IMG/VR virus record: IMGVR_UViG_2925908680_000005
Location: 1 to 43,384 of that record
Direction: 5' to 3' (one strand)
Length of the DNA: 43,384 bases
Source of the DNA: a virus
Taxonomy: Duplodnaviria; Heunggongvirae; Uroviricota; Caudoviricetes
Below the pieces are notes generated by a model that was not told the DNA's origin, did not search any database, and saw only the letters and a list, made by a program, of their open reading frames with translations. Below are positions 1 through 8,541 of the stretch, in pieces (positions within the stretch are counted from its first letter, which is position 1; each line of letters begins with the position of its first letter). The translations under genes were made by a program, and so were the position numbers.

Positions 1-1866
1 TCACGTAGTACCCAATATAGTCGTACCATCTATGGTTTCGACTCCCGCCGGGGCCAATAATTGCTGTATCCAGCCAATAGCATGCCCTCGCTCAACGCAC
101 TGGGAGAAAAACGCACGCTGCTTTGCTCTGGTAAAGGCAACAAAAAAAGTGTTTAGCTCTTCACCCCGTTGCGGCGTAAGGCTCCACCAAGTCTGATTGT
201 CGAGCCCATAAAATATCATCGTATGGAACTCAAGACCTTTGCTTTTATGGACGGTCATCAGAGCTACCTGGCCAATACCTTCGAACTCATCCAGCGCCTC
301 CGTCCAGCTGCTGCTGTGTTCTGCACACTCTTTCAGGAGAGTGACAAATCCACTCCACACCCTCTCAAAATCTCTTGCACGCTGGTAAGCGGGAAAGGAT
401 TGCCGAAGCCTAGGGGTCCCGACAAATTCAAGAAGCATCTCTGCAATCTCTTCCGCCGAATCCGGACTAGGCTGGCGATGCGCTAGCTCTGTCCTTAATT
501 TACGGACGAATGCTTCAAGCTTAACCAGCAATCGTTCCTGCGTGAGATCGTTATCCGGATCGGCAGCCTCCAAAAACAGATAGTTCTGCTGGGTCTGCTC
601 CCAGTTTTCCGGGCTTCGCTCCGTCGCTCCCAGGCGGAGTAAAGGAACAAATATACCGGTCAGCTCTTCACCAAGCAGATCCTGTATCTGAATTTCACCG
701 ACTGACCGGGCCGCATTTCTGATCCTGAGACCTCGTGCCGCAAAAGAGGGGGCTATTTCACCCTCAACCTGATCTGCCCGCATTCTGATCAGAATCGCTA
801 CATCATGTGGTGCAACACGCTCTGACTGAACCTCACGGCTCACCCATTCAGCCAGATAATTGTTCTCGTCATCTGCGCTCCGGAATTGCCAGATAGCAGA
901 AACCTCACCTTCGATTTCACGGGTCCCTTGTGCCTGCACTTCTTCCACATTATCGTCTATCCGGCGGGCAATCTCGTGCTGAATACGAACCAGATCCACA
1001 TGTGACCGCCAGTTAGAAAGCAGTGTTATGCGTCTGGCAGCAAAGTCGTTTTCAAACTGGTCAAAGGCGTCATTCATGGCTCCCGCCCATCCCATGATAC
1101 GCTGCTTATCATCGCCGACTGCCGTAAAGACAGCATCGCTACCATCGAATGCCGTTAGCAGCATGTCATACTGGGCATAGGTGGTGTCCTGGTATTCATC
1201 AAGAAAGACGATGGGATATGTTGCCTGTAAGGCCCGGCGGATATATGAATTTTCCTGAAGCAGCAGTTTTACAAGCCTGTTTATCATCGGGAAGGACAGG
1301 GATATCTCGTCGCCCCCGAAGAATTGTTCATGCCAGTAATCTGCTAACGCACGATGTACTTCAGATCCATTTGACAAGTCAATTGGCAGGTCTGTCAGAA
1401 GCAGTCTTCTCTCAAGCTGTTGAGCACTCACTCCGTGATAGCCATGTCGCTCAATAAAATCGTCATAATCCCTACGAAACGGATTAACAATCTGATACGT
1501 ACCGGGCGCATTGAACGGCTCAGGTAAAGCCGGACGAAACCGGTCCAGAAGCCCCTTGGTAAAGGCATCAAAAGTCATCGAATCAAAGCGCCGCGCCTGA
1601 TCTCTCGGGCAACGCTTTGCAACCCTTTCGGCGAGGTTTTGGGCGGCATCTTTTTTAAAGCTGATGGCCAGAATACGTTTGGGTGCCGGACAAATACCTG
1701 TCTGCAGAAGATAGGTCGCCTTCTGTGCCAGAAACTCAGTTTTTCCGGCACCGGCACCAGCGGTCACAAGGATGCTGCTATCGGTTTCACGTAAAGCCTC
1801 CCACGCTCTCCCTTCCAGACCACCGACACCCTGAGGTACCCAGTCGTCTCTGCTTACGCGGGTCAT
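1..1866 (-). CDS. UvrD/PcrA-like superfamily-1 DNA helicase (GajB-like partner of an OLD-family nuclease)
   Basis: 621-aa ORF ending at a stop codon at the window edge; helicase motifs visible in translation: AGAGAGKT (Walker A), DEYQDT (motif II), VGDDKQRI, TVHKSKGLEF, VAFTRAK; start overlaps upstream gene stop by 4 nt. Confidence 0.8.
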   Translation of the reverse strand: MTRVSRDDWVPQGVGGLEGRAWEALRETDSSILVTAGAGAGKTEFLAQKATYLLQTGICPAPKRILAISFKKDAAQNLAERVAKRCPRDQARRFDSMTFDAFTKGLLDRFRPALPEPFNAPGTYQIVNPFRRDYDDFIERHGYHGVSAQQLERRLLLTDLPIDLSNGSEVHRALADYWHEQFFGGDEISLSFPMINRLVKLLLQENSYIRRALQATYPIVFLDEYQDTTYAQYDMLLTAFDGSDAVFTAVGDDKQRIMGWAGAMNDAFDQFENDFAARRITLLSNWRSHVDLVRIQHEIARRIDDNVEEVQAQGTREIEGEVSAIWQFRSADDENNYLAEWVSREVQSERVAPHDVAILIRMRADQVEGEIAPSFAARGLRIRNAARSVGEIQIQDLLGEELTGIFVPLLRLGATERSPENWEQTQQNYLFLEAADPDNDLTQERLLVKLEAFVRKLRTELAHRQPSPDSAEEIAEMLLEFVGTPRLRQSFPAYQRARDFERVWSGFVTLLKECAEHSSSWTEALDEFEGIGQVALMTVHKSKGLEFHTMIFYGLDNQTWWSLTPQRGEELNTFFVAFTRAKQRAFFSQCVERGHAIGWIQQLLAPAGVETIDGTTILGTT

Positions 1867-3824
1867 TCATTCTCTCCTGACAGATTAAGCTTATCCGTAA
1901 CGTACTCAATGAGCGCCCTGAGCTCTACAGGAGCGGACGCAGTAACACCGCCGCCCGCGATACGGGAAAAAGCCGCAAGGTGAGTTTCGGGCTTACTGCG
2001 GCTCAGGAACAGATACGGATACCATTTGAAAGCGTCATCATAATGCGCGGTATACAAGGCAGGATTACCACCTGTTTTCAGCGTACTGACCTTTTTGGCT
2101 TGAATAGCAGCAGCACTACTCTGGGGTCCATTGCCACCTGGATTGGCAACCTGATAAGCGGTTGGAAAGGCGAGCAACATGGCAAAATCGAGATCAATGG
2201 GATAGGAAAAGAAAACTCCTTCCCTCCTGAATGCTTGAAGCCATTGACCTTGCAGGCCTTCATTATAAAGCTGTTGGTCGGTAAGCTGAGCAGCATTAGC
2301 ACCATTGGTGCTCCCCAAATTACTCCCGATAGCGGCCAAATTCTGAAGGCAGCTTCTCATGGCATTCGCCCCACCATGTCGGCGCCCCAGATCAAGATCG
2401 AGCAAAGTGGCATGTGGAATCTCAAGATCATTCAGCAGCCGCCAGAAATGCGCTACGAACCGTCCACCGAGCGGAACGACGGGAACGAATGATGGATCAA
2501 GGGAAACACCCATCTCTTCCGCAATTTTCGGAATAACTACTCGCTCTGAGTCTCCCTCACCCAGGATTACAAATCGCGCAAAATAAAGTTCGGGGTATGC
2601 CTTTACAGCCAGCCTGACATAAACGCTTGCCTCAACATCATCTTCAGGCAGGGTCAGTTCTCGGATCGATGAGCACCGAGCGCTCCGGTCCATACGAAAA
2701 TATCTCACTTCCTCCGGCTCTATCCGGCTCAGGATAGATGGGGAATGGCTAGATAGCAGAACCTGCGCGGAAGGCAGTGCGCCAATCTCTCTCGCCTGCT
2801 TGATGATGCGAGATAAAAAGAACGGTGACAGGCTGTTTTCTGGTTCTTCGATGGCAAGAATCGTCAGGTGAATACGGCGTAACTTATCCTGTTCAAATGA
2901 GCTGTCATCAGCAGGCAAAGAAAATGCTTCCCGCTCGGTTTCGAGCGTTGCCGCTGTAAGAGCGATATGGAACAGAGAGCGCTGACCGTCACTCAGCTCG
3001 GACAAACGACGCTCCTGACCTTCTTCATCAGGCGTAAAAGTAAATTCGGCTTTACGAACAAGCTCCTCAAAACGGTTCTCGATGAGCCTTAAACGCGGTT
3101 TACTGTCTGTATCGGCCTCATGGACCTGTTGCCAACGCTTCGAAAGACGCTCCAGCAGAAACTTCGACGGCTCCTCTTCCTCGAAACTGCTCTGGATCTG
3201 ACCGGCATTAACATAGCTTGCATCCCTAAATGCCGTCGACCATTTGGCAGCCTGCCATAACCGCCCTTTTAGAAGGGCGGTCACTTGAGTCGTCGCATCA
3301 CGATTTGCCGGTAAGTAAATAAACTGGATTGAAGAGCGCTCTACAGCCTGAACCCTGGAACAGTCATCCCATTCAAAATTATCATCCAGGGCTCTTATCC
3401 AGCGTATATCCTCCTCAATTGCTCCCTCCGGCGTACCGTCATCCGTCCATGTTGCTTGTAGTCGTATCCGGGCCTTAAGGGGCTCTCCCTCACCGGAAGC
3501 CGCCATCTGATTAAAGAACTCCGGAACGGCATCAAGAGGAGAAGCGTCTTGCTCTTCCAGTTCAGGGAAGGCAAGTACCGCTTCGACAAACAGACTGTCG
3601 CCAGACTGCAGCTCCTGCCGGTCAATAGGTATGTGAAAATCTCGACGCTGTACCGATCGCTGCGCTGATGTTGTACCAAACAACCTGGACACAGCTTGCA
3701 GCACTGCCGTCTTTCCGGAGCCGTTTCCGCCGACAAGTATTGTCAGTTCTTCCTCAAAATTTAGCTCGACCACCTCATGCCCGAAACAACGAAAATTCTG
3801 TAGCTTTATCTTCTCTATTTTCAT
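1863..3824 (-). CDS. OLD-family ABC ATPase with C-terminal TOPRIM nuclease domain (GajA-like / class 2 OLD)
   Basis: 653-aa ORF; N-terminus MKIEKIKLQNFRCF with Walker A GGNGSGKT; C-terminal TOPRIM-like glutamate (ILGEGDSE) and DxD (LLDLDLG); translationally coupled to the downstream helicase. Confidence 0.8.
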   Translation of the reverse strand: MKIEKIKLQNFRCFGHEVVELNFEEELTILVGGNGSGKTAVLQAVSRLFGTTSAQRSVQRRDFHIPIDRQELQSGDSLFVEAVLAFPELEEQDASPLDAVPEFFNQMAASGEGEPLKARIRLQATWTDDGTPEGAIEEDIRWIRALDDNFEWDDCSRVQAVERSSIQFIYLPANRDATTQVTALLKGRLWQAAKWSTAFRDASYVNAGQIQSSFEEEEPSKFLLERLSKRWQQVHEADTDSKPRLRLIENRFEELVRKAEFTFTPDEEGQERRLSELSDGQRSLFHIALTAATLETEREAFSLPADDSSFEQDKLRRIHLTILAIEEPENSLSPFFLSRIIKQAREIGALPSAQVLLSSHSPSILSRIEPEEVRYFRMDRSARCSSIRELTLPEDDVEASVYVRLAVKAYPELYFARFVILGEGDSERVVIPKIAEEMGVSLDPSFVPVVPLGGRFVAHFWRLLNDLEIPHATLLDLDLGRRHGGANAMRSCLQNLAAIGSNLGSTNGANAAQLTDQQLYNEGLQGQWLQAFRREGVFFSYPIDLDFAMLLAFPTAYQVANPGGNGPQSSAAAIQAKKVSTLKTGGNPALYTAHYDDAFKWYPYLFLSRSKPETHLAAFSRIAGGGVTASAPVELRALIEYVTDKLNLSGENE

Positions 3825-3872
3825 TCCTGATTACCTTTTTGTAAGAGATGCCTTTAAAAGTTAGCGAGCCCC

Positions 3873-5108
3873 CTAAATAACCCACTCATCAATCATATCA
3901 GCCCAGTCCTGCAACATAGATGTACGCTGATCACGATACTCGGCTTTGTTATATATCGCCCTCACACCTTTTTGCTCATGTGCCAGGCATTTCTCTATCC
4001 AATCGGTGTTGTAACCGGCTTCATGGAGTAAGGTACTTGCTGTACGCCTCAGATCGTGGGGTCCAAACTTGGCAAGGGACTGCCCTTCTTTCTGAGCCAG
4101 CTTGTAAGTCATCGTCATCACCCGGTTTAGCGTGGCACTGCTCATGGGCACGTCAGAATCGTAACGCGACGGCAGAACATAATCCGATCCACCGGAGAAC
4201 GTCTTCAAAGCGATGAGAATGTCCATGGCCTGCCTGGATAGAAACACCAGGTGAGGATTTCGCCGCTTCATCCTTTCTTTAGGGATCGTCCAGAGCGCTT
4301 CGCTGAAGTTGATCTCACTCCAGGTAGCATTCGTCAGCTCGCTTTTTCGCACCATCGTCAACAACAACAGTTTTACCGCTGCGCGGATCGATGGTGATGT
4401 ACCAATACGCCCCATGTACTGATACATGATCCTAATTTCTTCGGGCGTCAGGGTTCGATCTCTCGGCTCAAACCTGGCAATGCTTGCTGGCCGCACCAGG
4501 TCTGCTGGGTTCTCAACCTTCTGGCCTCGCTCAGTGGCCCAGCGGTATACCTGGAGTACAATCTCACGCGCATGAACCGCCGTAGCAGGCGCACCGCGCT
4601 CTACGATGGCGTCGGTAAGTGCTCGCAAGTCCTCGTGGGTGATTTCGGTCAGCTTCTGATTGCCGAATTTCGTTTCCAGCTCTCTCGTATAAACCGAGCG
4701 GCGCATATCACGGGTAGAGTCGGCCATCTGGTAGCCACGTAGCCACTTTTCCGCCCAGGCACCAAAGGTTTCAGCCCCTTTTACACGCGCCTTGTCCCGT
4801 GCCTTCTCCTTCGCTGGCGACTTTCCATCAGCGACCATCCGCTTGGCTTCACTAAGTCGCTCACGGGCTTCTGCCAGAGTGATACCCCCAACGCCATAGC
4901 GGCCAAAGGTGATTGTCTCTTGCCTGCCATTGATCGAGTAGTTGTAACGGAATGAGATAGAGCCGGCAGGAGTGACAGCCACATAGAGGCCATCCCGGTC
5001 ATTCACCTTGTAGAGTTTATCCCTCGGCTTGAGGTTGCGCAGCTTGGTATCGGTCAGCAAGAGTCTTATCCTTCTTCGATTCCAATACCATGCTGGAAGA
5101 TTACCCAA
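3873..5108 (-). CDS. int: tyrosine site-specific integrase (P4/CP4-57-like, DUF4102-type N-terminus)
   Basis: 411-aa ORF; N-terminal LTDTKLRNLKP...GLYVAV arm-binding-type domain; C-terminal catalytic region HDLRRTAST...AHE...Y typical of tyrosine recombinases. Confidence 0.9.
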   Translation of the reverse strand: MGNLPAWYWNRRRIRLLLTDTKLRNLKPRDKLYKVNDRDGLYVAVTPAGSISFRYNYSINGRQETITFGRYGVGGITLAEARERLSEAKRMVADGKSPAKEKARDKARVKGAETFGAWAEKWLRGYQMADSTRDMRRSVYTRELETKFGNQKLTEITHEDLRALTDAIVERGAPATAVHAREIVLQVYRWATERGQKVENPADLVRPASIARFEPRDRTLTPEEIRIMYQYMGRIGTSPSIRAAVKLLLLTMVRKSELTNATWSEINFSEALWTIPKERMKRRNPHLVFLSRQAMDILIALKTFSGGSDYVLPSRYDSDVPMSSATLNRVMTMTYKLAQKEGQSLAKFGPHDLRRTASTLLHEAGYNTDWIEKCLAHEQKGVRAIYNKAEYRDQRTSMLQDWADMIDEWVI

Positions 5109-5153
5109 AAATCGAGCAATAAAACCAATAAAAACAGATAGTTAAATAATTTC

Positions 5154-5242
5154 GATACCATGAACACACAGGATCAAGCAGCATGGTATCGGCTATCACT
5201 CATGGCATCATGTCTCGATAATACCACCTTGGATACCATGCT
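5154..5242. repeat. three copies of GATACCATG (two direct at 5154-5162 and 5234-5242, one inverted at 5182-5190) upstream of int; candidate integrase or regulatory binding sites
   Basis: read directly in the int upstream intergenic region. Confidence 0.4.
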
Positions 5243-5290
5243 CAAGCGGTGCTTCCCGCTGCCATCAGTTGCCAAATAATGCCAGACATA

Positions 5291-5320
5291 AAAACAAAAA
5301 AGCCCATCAAAACATGGGCT
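5291..5320 (-). terminator. intrinsic terminator ending the late (lysis) operon before int
   Basis: stem AGCCCAT/ATGGGCT with 6-nt loop, followed on the minus strand by a U-run (plus-strand AAAACAAAAA). Confidence 0.6.
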
Positions 5321-5492
5321 TGAGTGTAATTTAATGCCAGTTTGTACCAGCTAATGCCTAACGTGTGATCATTCCACTCAATTATTTACGACAACCATAA
5401 CCAATTGAGTGATAACATTTTTCCAAAACTTCATCTTTCTCATACCGTTTTATATACCGTCACCGGAAATCAGTACCATGAAAAATGCCATG

Positions 5493-5975
5493 CTATCTGG
5501 TCAAAGTGTCGTACTGTTTTTCGCAGACTCTTCCGGCTTCGGCTGCCCGGTCAGCATACTCTGCCAGTTGTCTATTTCTCTCGAGAGATTTGCTGAACAC
5601 GTCGGCAAGCAAAACTCCGGTATCTGCGGCTGACGCCCCAGCGCCGACAATGGCGTTATACTGCCTGAGCTGCTCACGGATGGCAACGAGCTGTTGCTGC
5701 AACCGGCCAGCGCGAGCGGCAGCATCAAGAGCATCATTGCGCGCCTGGTCGATCCTCTGCTGAGCTTCACGTTCATTGGTCGCTTTCTCCTGTTCGTAGT
5801 GCTGACGAACTCTCTCATCTTCGACTTTGCGGTCTTCCTTCGCCTGCGCATACCCGGCGTCGTACTGACGGCTGCCGTGTACATTCCAGGCAACAACTCC
5901 TGATATGACCAGAACAGCAAGCATCACCACGATAACCAACTGTTTCCAGTATGCTTTTACGAATGCCCAGATCAT
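5493..5975 (-). CDS. i-spanin (Rz-like lysis protein)
   Basis: 160 aa; N-terminal transmembrane segment ([18 protein letters not shown]) then charged coiled-coil-like region; last gene of lysis cassette. Confidence 0.6.
   Translation of the reverse strand: MIWAFVKAYWKQLVIVVMLAVLVISGVVAWNVHGSRQYDAGYAQAKEDRKVEDERVRQHYEQEKATNEREAQQRIDQARNDALDAAARAGRLQQQLVAIREQLRQYNAIVGAGASAADTGVLLADVFSKSLERNRQLAEYADRAAEAGRVCEKQYDTLTR
5501..5776 (-). CDS. o-spanin (Rz1-like outer-membrane lipoprotein) embedded in the i-spanin gene in another frame
   Basis: alternate-frame ORF with lipoprotein signal and lipobox ([26 protein letters not shown]) then Pro/Ser-rich short mature part. Confidence 0.5.
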   Translation of the reverse strand: MNVKLSRGSTRRAMMLLMLPLALAGCSNSSLPSVSSSGSITPLSALGRQPQIPEFCLPTCSANLSREIDNWQSMLTGQPKPEESAKNSTTL

Positions 5976-6601
5976 ACCGCCAGCACCTTACTGGCAGTGA
6001 TATACCGCGCGCGCCGGTCGTCGATGCCGTTCCTGCCACCATTGATAATCAGAGTTACACGTGCAATATCGCCGGTATACTTCATGCATCCTTTGCTAAC
6101 GAAGAACCACGCCGCGCTACGAGCCGCGTATTCGTCCTGCGCCAACAGTTCAGGATTCTCAAGCAGGTCCACTTTCAGGCCGTTTCCGCAATCACGATAG
6201 TTATTCAAACCGGTAATCTGGATAAGTCCACGCCCTCGGTAATTCCAGCCATCGCCGGGGGCATTATTCCCCATGCGTTTGCTGTACACCAGATTGGCGA
6301 TCGCACGCTGGCGCTCAAGTGGCAATGGTGGCTCGCCTGCACGACGACCCAATGCGTTAGCCTGTCCCTGAGTGAGACGACCGGCACGAACGAAGTTAGC
6401 CAGTCCGGTGACGCTGTAATTGAAATTCTCCTGCAACCTGGTGAAGCCACCAGACTCATGCCCGACCTGAGCAATAAACATTGCCTGATCTTCTGCTTTG
6501 CTAATACCAAACTCTTTCATCGCAGAAGTTATATGCGAGAACCAGCGTGCGGCCAGCGCCTCGCTAATACCAGCAGCTCGCTGGAATTGTTTAATCTCCA
6601 T
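5972..6601 (-). CDS. endolysin, glycoside hydrolase family 19 (chitinase-like lysozyme)
   Basis: 209 aa with GH19-type blocks ([27 protein letters not shown]); sits between holin-like genes and spanins. Confidence 0.8.
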   Translation of the reverse strand: MEIKQFQRAAGISEALAARWFSHITSAMKEFGISKAEDQAMFIAQVGHESGGFTRLQENFNYSVTGLANFVRAGRLTQGQANALGRRAGEPPLPLERQRAIANLVYSKRMGNNAPGDGWNYRGRGLIQITGLNNYRDCGNGLKVDLLENPELLAQDEYAARSAAWFFVSKGCMKYTGDIARVTLIINGGRNGIDDRRARYITASKVLAV

Positions 6602-6884
6602 GTTTAGACCTCGTTATCTTGAAAATTTGTACCACGTTCCCTTTTGTCCTGATGAGCGCAGCCAGGAACACAACTTTGATGATGACTTCTGACCAGTCGG
6701 CGCTGACGTAGTACCCGTAGAAGGTCCGGATAGGTACACTGGCAGCAACGACGATCAGCAGATAGGCGAGCCAGCCTCCCCACCAGCGATGGCGTGACCC
6801 GTCACGGCGGAACAGAAACGCTCGGATTGCAATGCCGCCGCAGATAGCGGCATTCAGGATGATAAGCAGCTCAGGACTGGTCAT
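6591..6884 (-). CDS. small membrane protein, holin/antiholin-like
   Basis: 97 aa, 2-3 predicted transmembrane segments, directly upstream of endolysin. Confidence 0.45.
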   Translation of the reverse strand: MTSPELLIILNAAICGGIAIRAFLFRRDGSRHRWWGGWLAYLLIVVAASVPIRTFYGYYVSADWSEVIIKVVFLAALIRTKGNVVQIFKITRSKHGD

Positions 6885-7284
6885 CGTCTTTTCTCCCCGG
6901 GATCAGGTCACGCGGATTTTCAGAACGGTGATACAGCCAGATGCCAATGCGGACAGCGACGATAGCCGACACGAACGCCCCGGCAGAAAACACAATCCCC
7001 TTTTCAAATGAGTCCTGCGTAATCGTAGGGATCATGCTGGCAATACCGATAAGAATGGATGCTGTCGCCTTATAAAAGAGAAGGCCGCAGAAGAAGCTGA
7101 GAAACGCCAGAAGTAACCGCCTCTTTATGGGATACTCCACCGCCGAGGTAACAAAAATTACCGCACCAGCAAGCGCCCCTAAAGCCACCTCCGGCGGCAC
7201 ACCCGCGACCACAGACATTAGCGCGCTCAGGCTAAGCCCCTGATTCAGCGATTCCGTGGTTAACGAGTGCGACATAGTGACCAC
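6871..7284 (-). CDS. holin-like membrane protein
   Basis: 137 aa with several hydrophobic helices; first gene of lysis cassette. Confidence 0.45.
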   Translation of the reverse strand: MVTMSHSLTTESLNQGLSLSALMSVVAGVPPEVALGALAGAVIFVTSAVEYPIKRRLLLAFLSFFCGLLFYKATASILIGIASMIPTITQDSFEKGIVFSAGAFVSAIVAVRIGIWLYHRSENPRDLIPGRKDDDQS

Positions 7285-7380
7285 CGTTTAATGTGCATAA
7301 AGAACCCCCTTAGTTGATGAGCTCATCATACACAATAAACCATATGTGGATTGACTTTGATCGGATAACCATTAACGAAA

Positions 7381-7395
7381 TTACCTTTTGGGTGA
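7381..7395. promoter_or_regulatory. imperfect copy of the TTACC-N5-GGTAA palindrome (TTACC TTTTG GGTGA) about 30 bp upstream of the acyltransferase start
   Basis: read directly. Confidence 0.35.
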
Positions 7396-7424
7396 TATAC
7401 TAATGGCAAATCAATGAGTAATAT

Positions 7425-8540
7425 ATGGACATCCTTTCAATGATAAAGAATGAATTAAAATCAATCCAAATTCTTAGAGGTTTGGCGGCACTTATGGTCG
7501 TTCTATACCACTTTAGGACCGTTCTTAATTATGATAATGTCAGGATGGGTGATTATCTTTTTGGTAAGGGGTTTATTGGTGTTGATTTATTTTTCGTAAT
7601 TAGTGGATTCATAATGGCTTACACGACCAACTTGACTCATGACGCTATTGCCGATGTAAAATCATTTGCAATTAAAAGGGTTAGTAGAATATATCCTGTT
7701 CTTTTTACTTCATTTATTATTGCGTCTTTATCATTCATGAATTTTGAAAGGGTATTATCACAGTCTTTTTTTGAAACACTAAGCAGCCTTGCCTTGATTC
7801 CTACAACAAGTTCTTTGCCGCCATTTTTTATAGATACACATTCAATACTTGGTGTTAGGTGGACTTTAAATTATGAGGTATATTTCTATTCTATTTTTGC
7901 GATATCTTTATTTTTTGGAAAGAGAAGGTATTATGTTCTACTGGCATGGATTATTATGACAGTATTTTTTACTCAAATACTAATTAATGGATCATTCAGT
8001 GCCAAGGCTGTAAGCCCTAGATTTGAAAGTCCATGGTTGTCAATGATTACAAACTCTATCGTTCTTGATTTTGCAATTGGCGTTATTGTAGCAATGGCAA
8101 TTGAGGCGGGAATAATAATAAATAGAAGATTATCAATTGCCTCTTTGGTTTTTGTTGCTTATGTTTCAATGAACCAGATAGCTGTAGTAAAGGGTCACGG
8201 ACTCTCAGAGTTTGGAATGTACGCAGCAATAATTGTTTATTTATGTGTTTGCCTTGAAAAAAATGGATTTAGTTTTAATTCGCCAGCGCTAGAGCATTTG
8301 GGTAATATTTCTTATTCTTTATACCTATTGCATCTGTCGGTAAGTACATTCATCGGAATAATAGTTACAAATCTCGGAGTTAGGGAATACTTTTCAAATG
8401 GCATTTATATGGTAACACTTGTAGCCATTAGTATAATGTCAGCACACATCTCGTATAAGTATATTGAGTTATCGCTATCGAGGAGGGTAAGAGGATGGAT
8501 GATGATAAAATCTGGCATCCTTGCCAAAAATAAAAATTAA
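7425..8540 (+). CDS. acyltransferase family 3 membrane protein (O-antigen acetyltransferase-like; likely lysogenic conversion gene)
   Basis: 371 aa, multi-pass membrane protein with family-3 N-terminus (RGLAALMVVLYHF...GVDLFFVISGF); strongly AT-rich relative to flanks; opposite strand to surrounding late genes. Confidence 0.8.
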   Translation: MDILSMIKNELKSIQILRGLAALMVVLYHFRTVLNYDNVRMGDYLFGKGFIGVDLFFVISGFIMAYTTNLTHDAIADVKSFAIKRVSRIYPVLFTSFIIASLSFMNFERVLSQSFFETLSSLALIPTTSSLPPFFIDTHSILGVRWTLNYEVYFYSIFAISLFFGKRRYYVLLAWIIMTVFFTQILINGSFSAKAVSPRFESPWLSMITNSIVLDFAIGVIVAMAIEAGIIINRRLSIASLVFVAYVSMNQIAVVKGHGLSEFGMYAAIIVYLCVCLEKNGFSFNSPALEHLGNISYSLYLLHLSVSTFIGIIVTNLGVREYFSNGIYMVTLVAISIMSAHISYKYIELSLSRRVRGWMMIKSGILAKNKN

Positions 8541-8541
8541 T

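Noticed and set aside
1863-3824. Stand-alone P2 Old-type (class 1) nuclease or PARIS AriA/AriB
   Set aside because: ATPase and TOPRIM are fused in one polypeptide and followed by a UvrD-like helicase, which fits class 2 OLD/Gabija rather than class 1 Old or the split PARIS arrangement.
3831-3845. Palindrome-like TTACC TTTTT GTAAG between the defence cassette and int
   Set aside because: Only one half-site is intact; kept as a weak imperfect copy and not counted as an operator.
5951-6607. 218-aa plus-strand ORF
   Set aside because: Lies entirely antisense to the GH19 endolysin gene, whose translation has clear family motifs; the product is low-complexity and unprotein-like.
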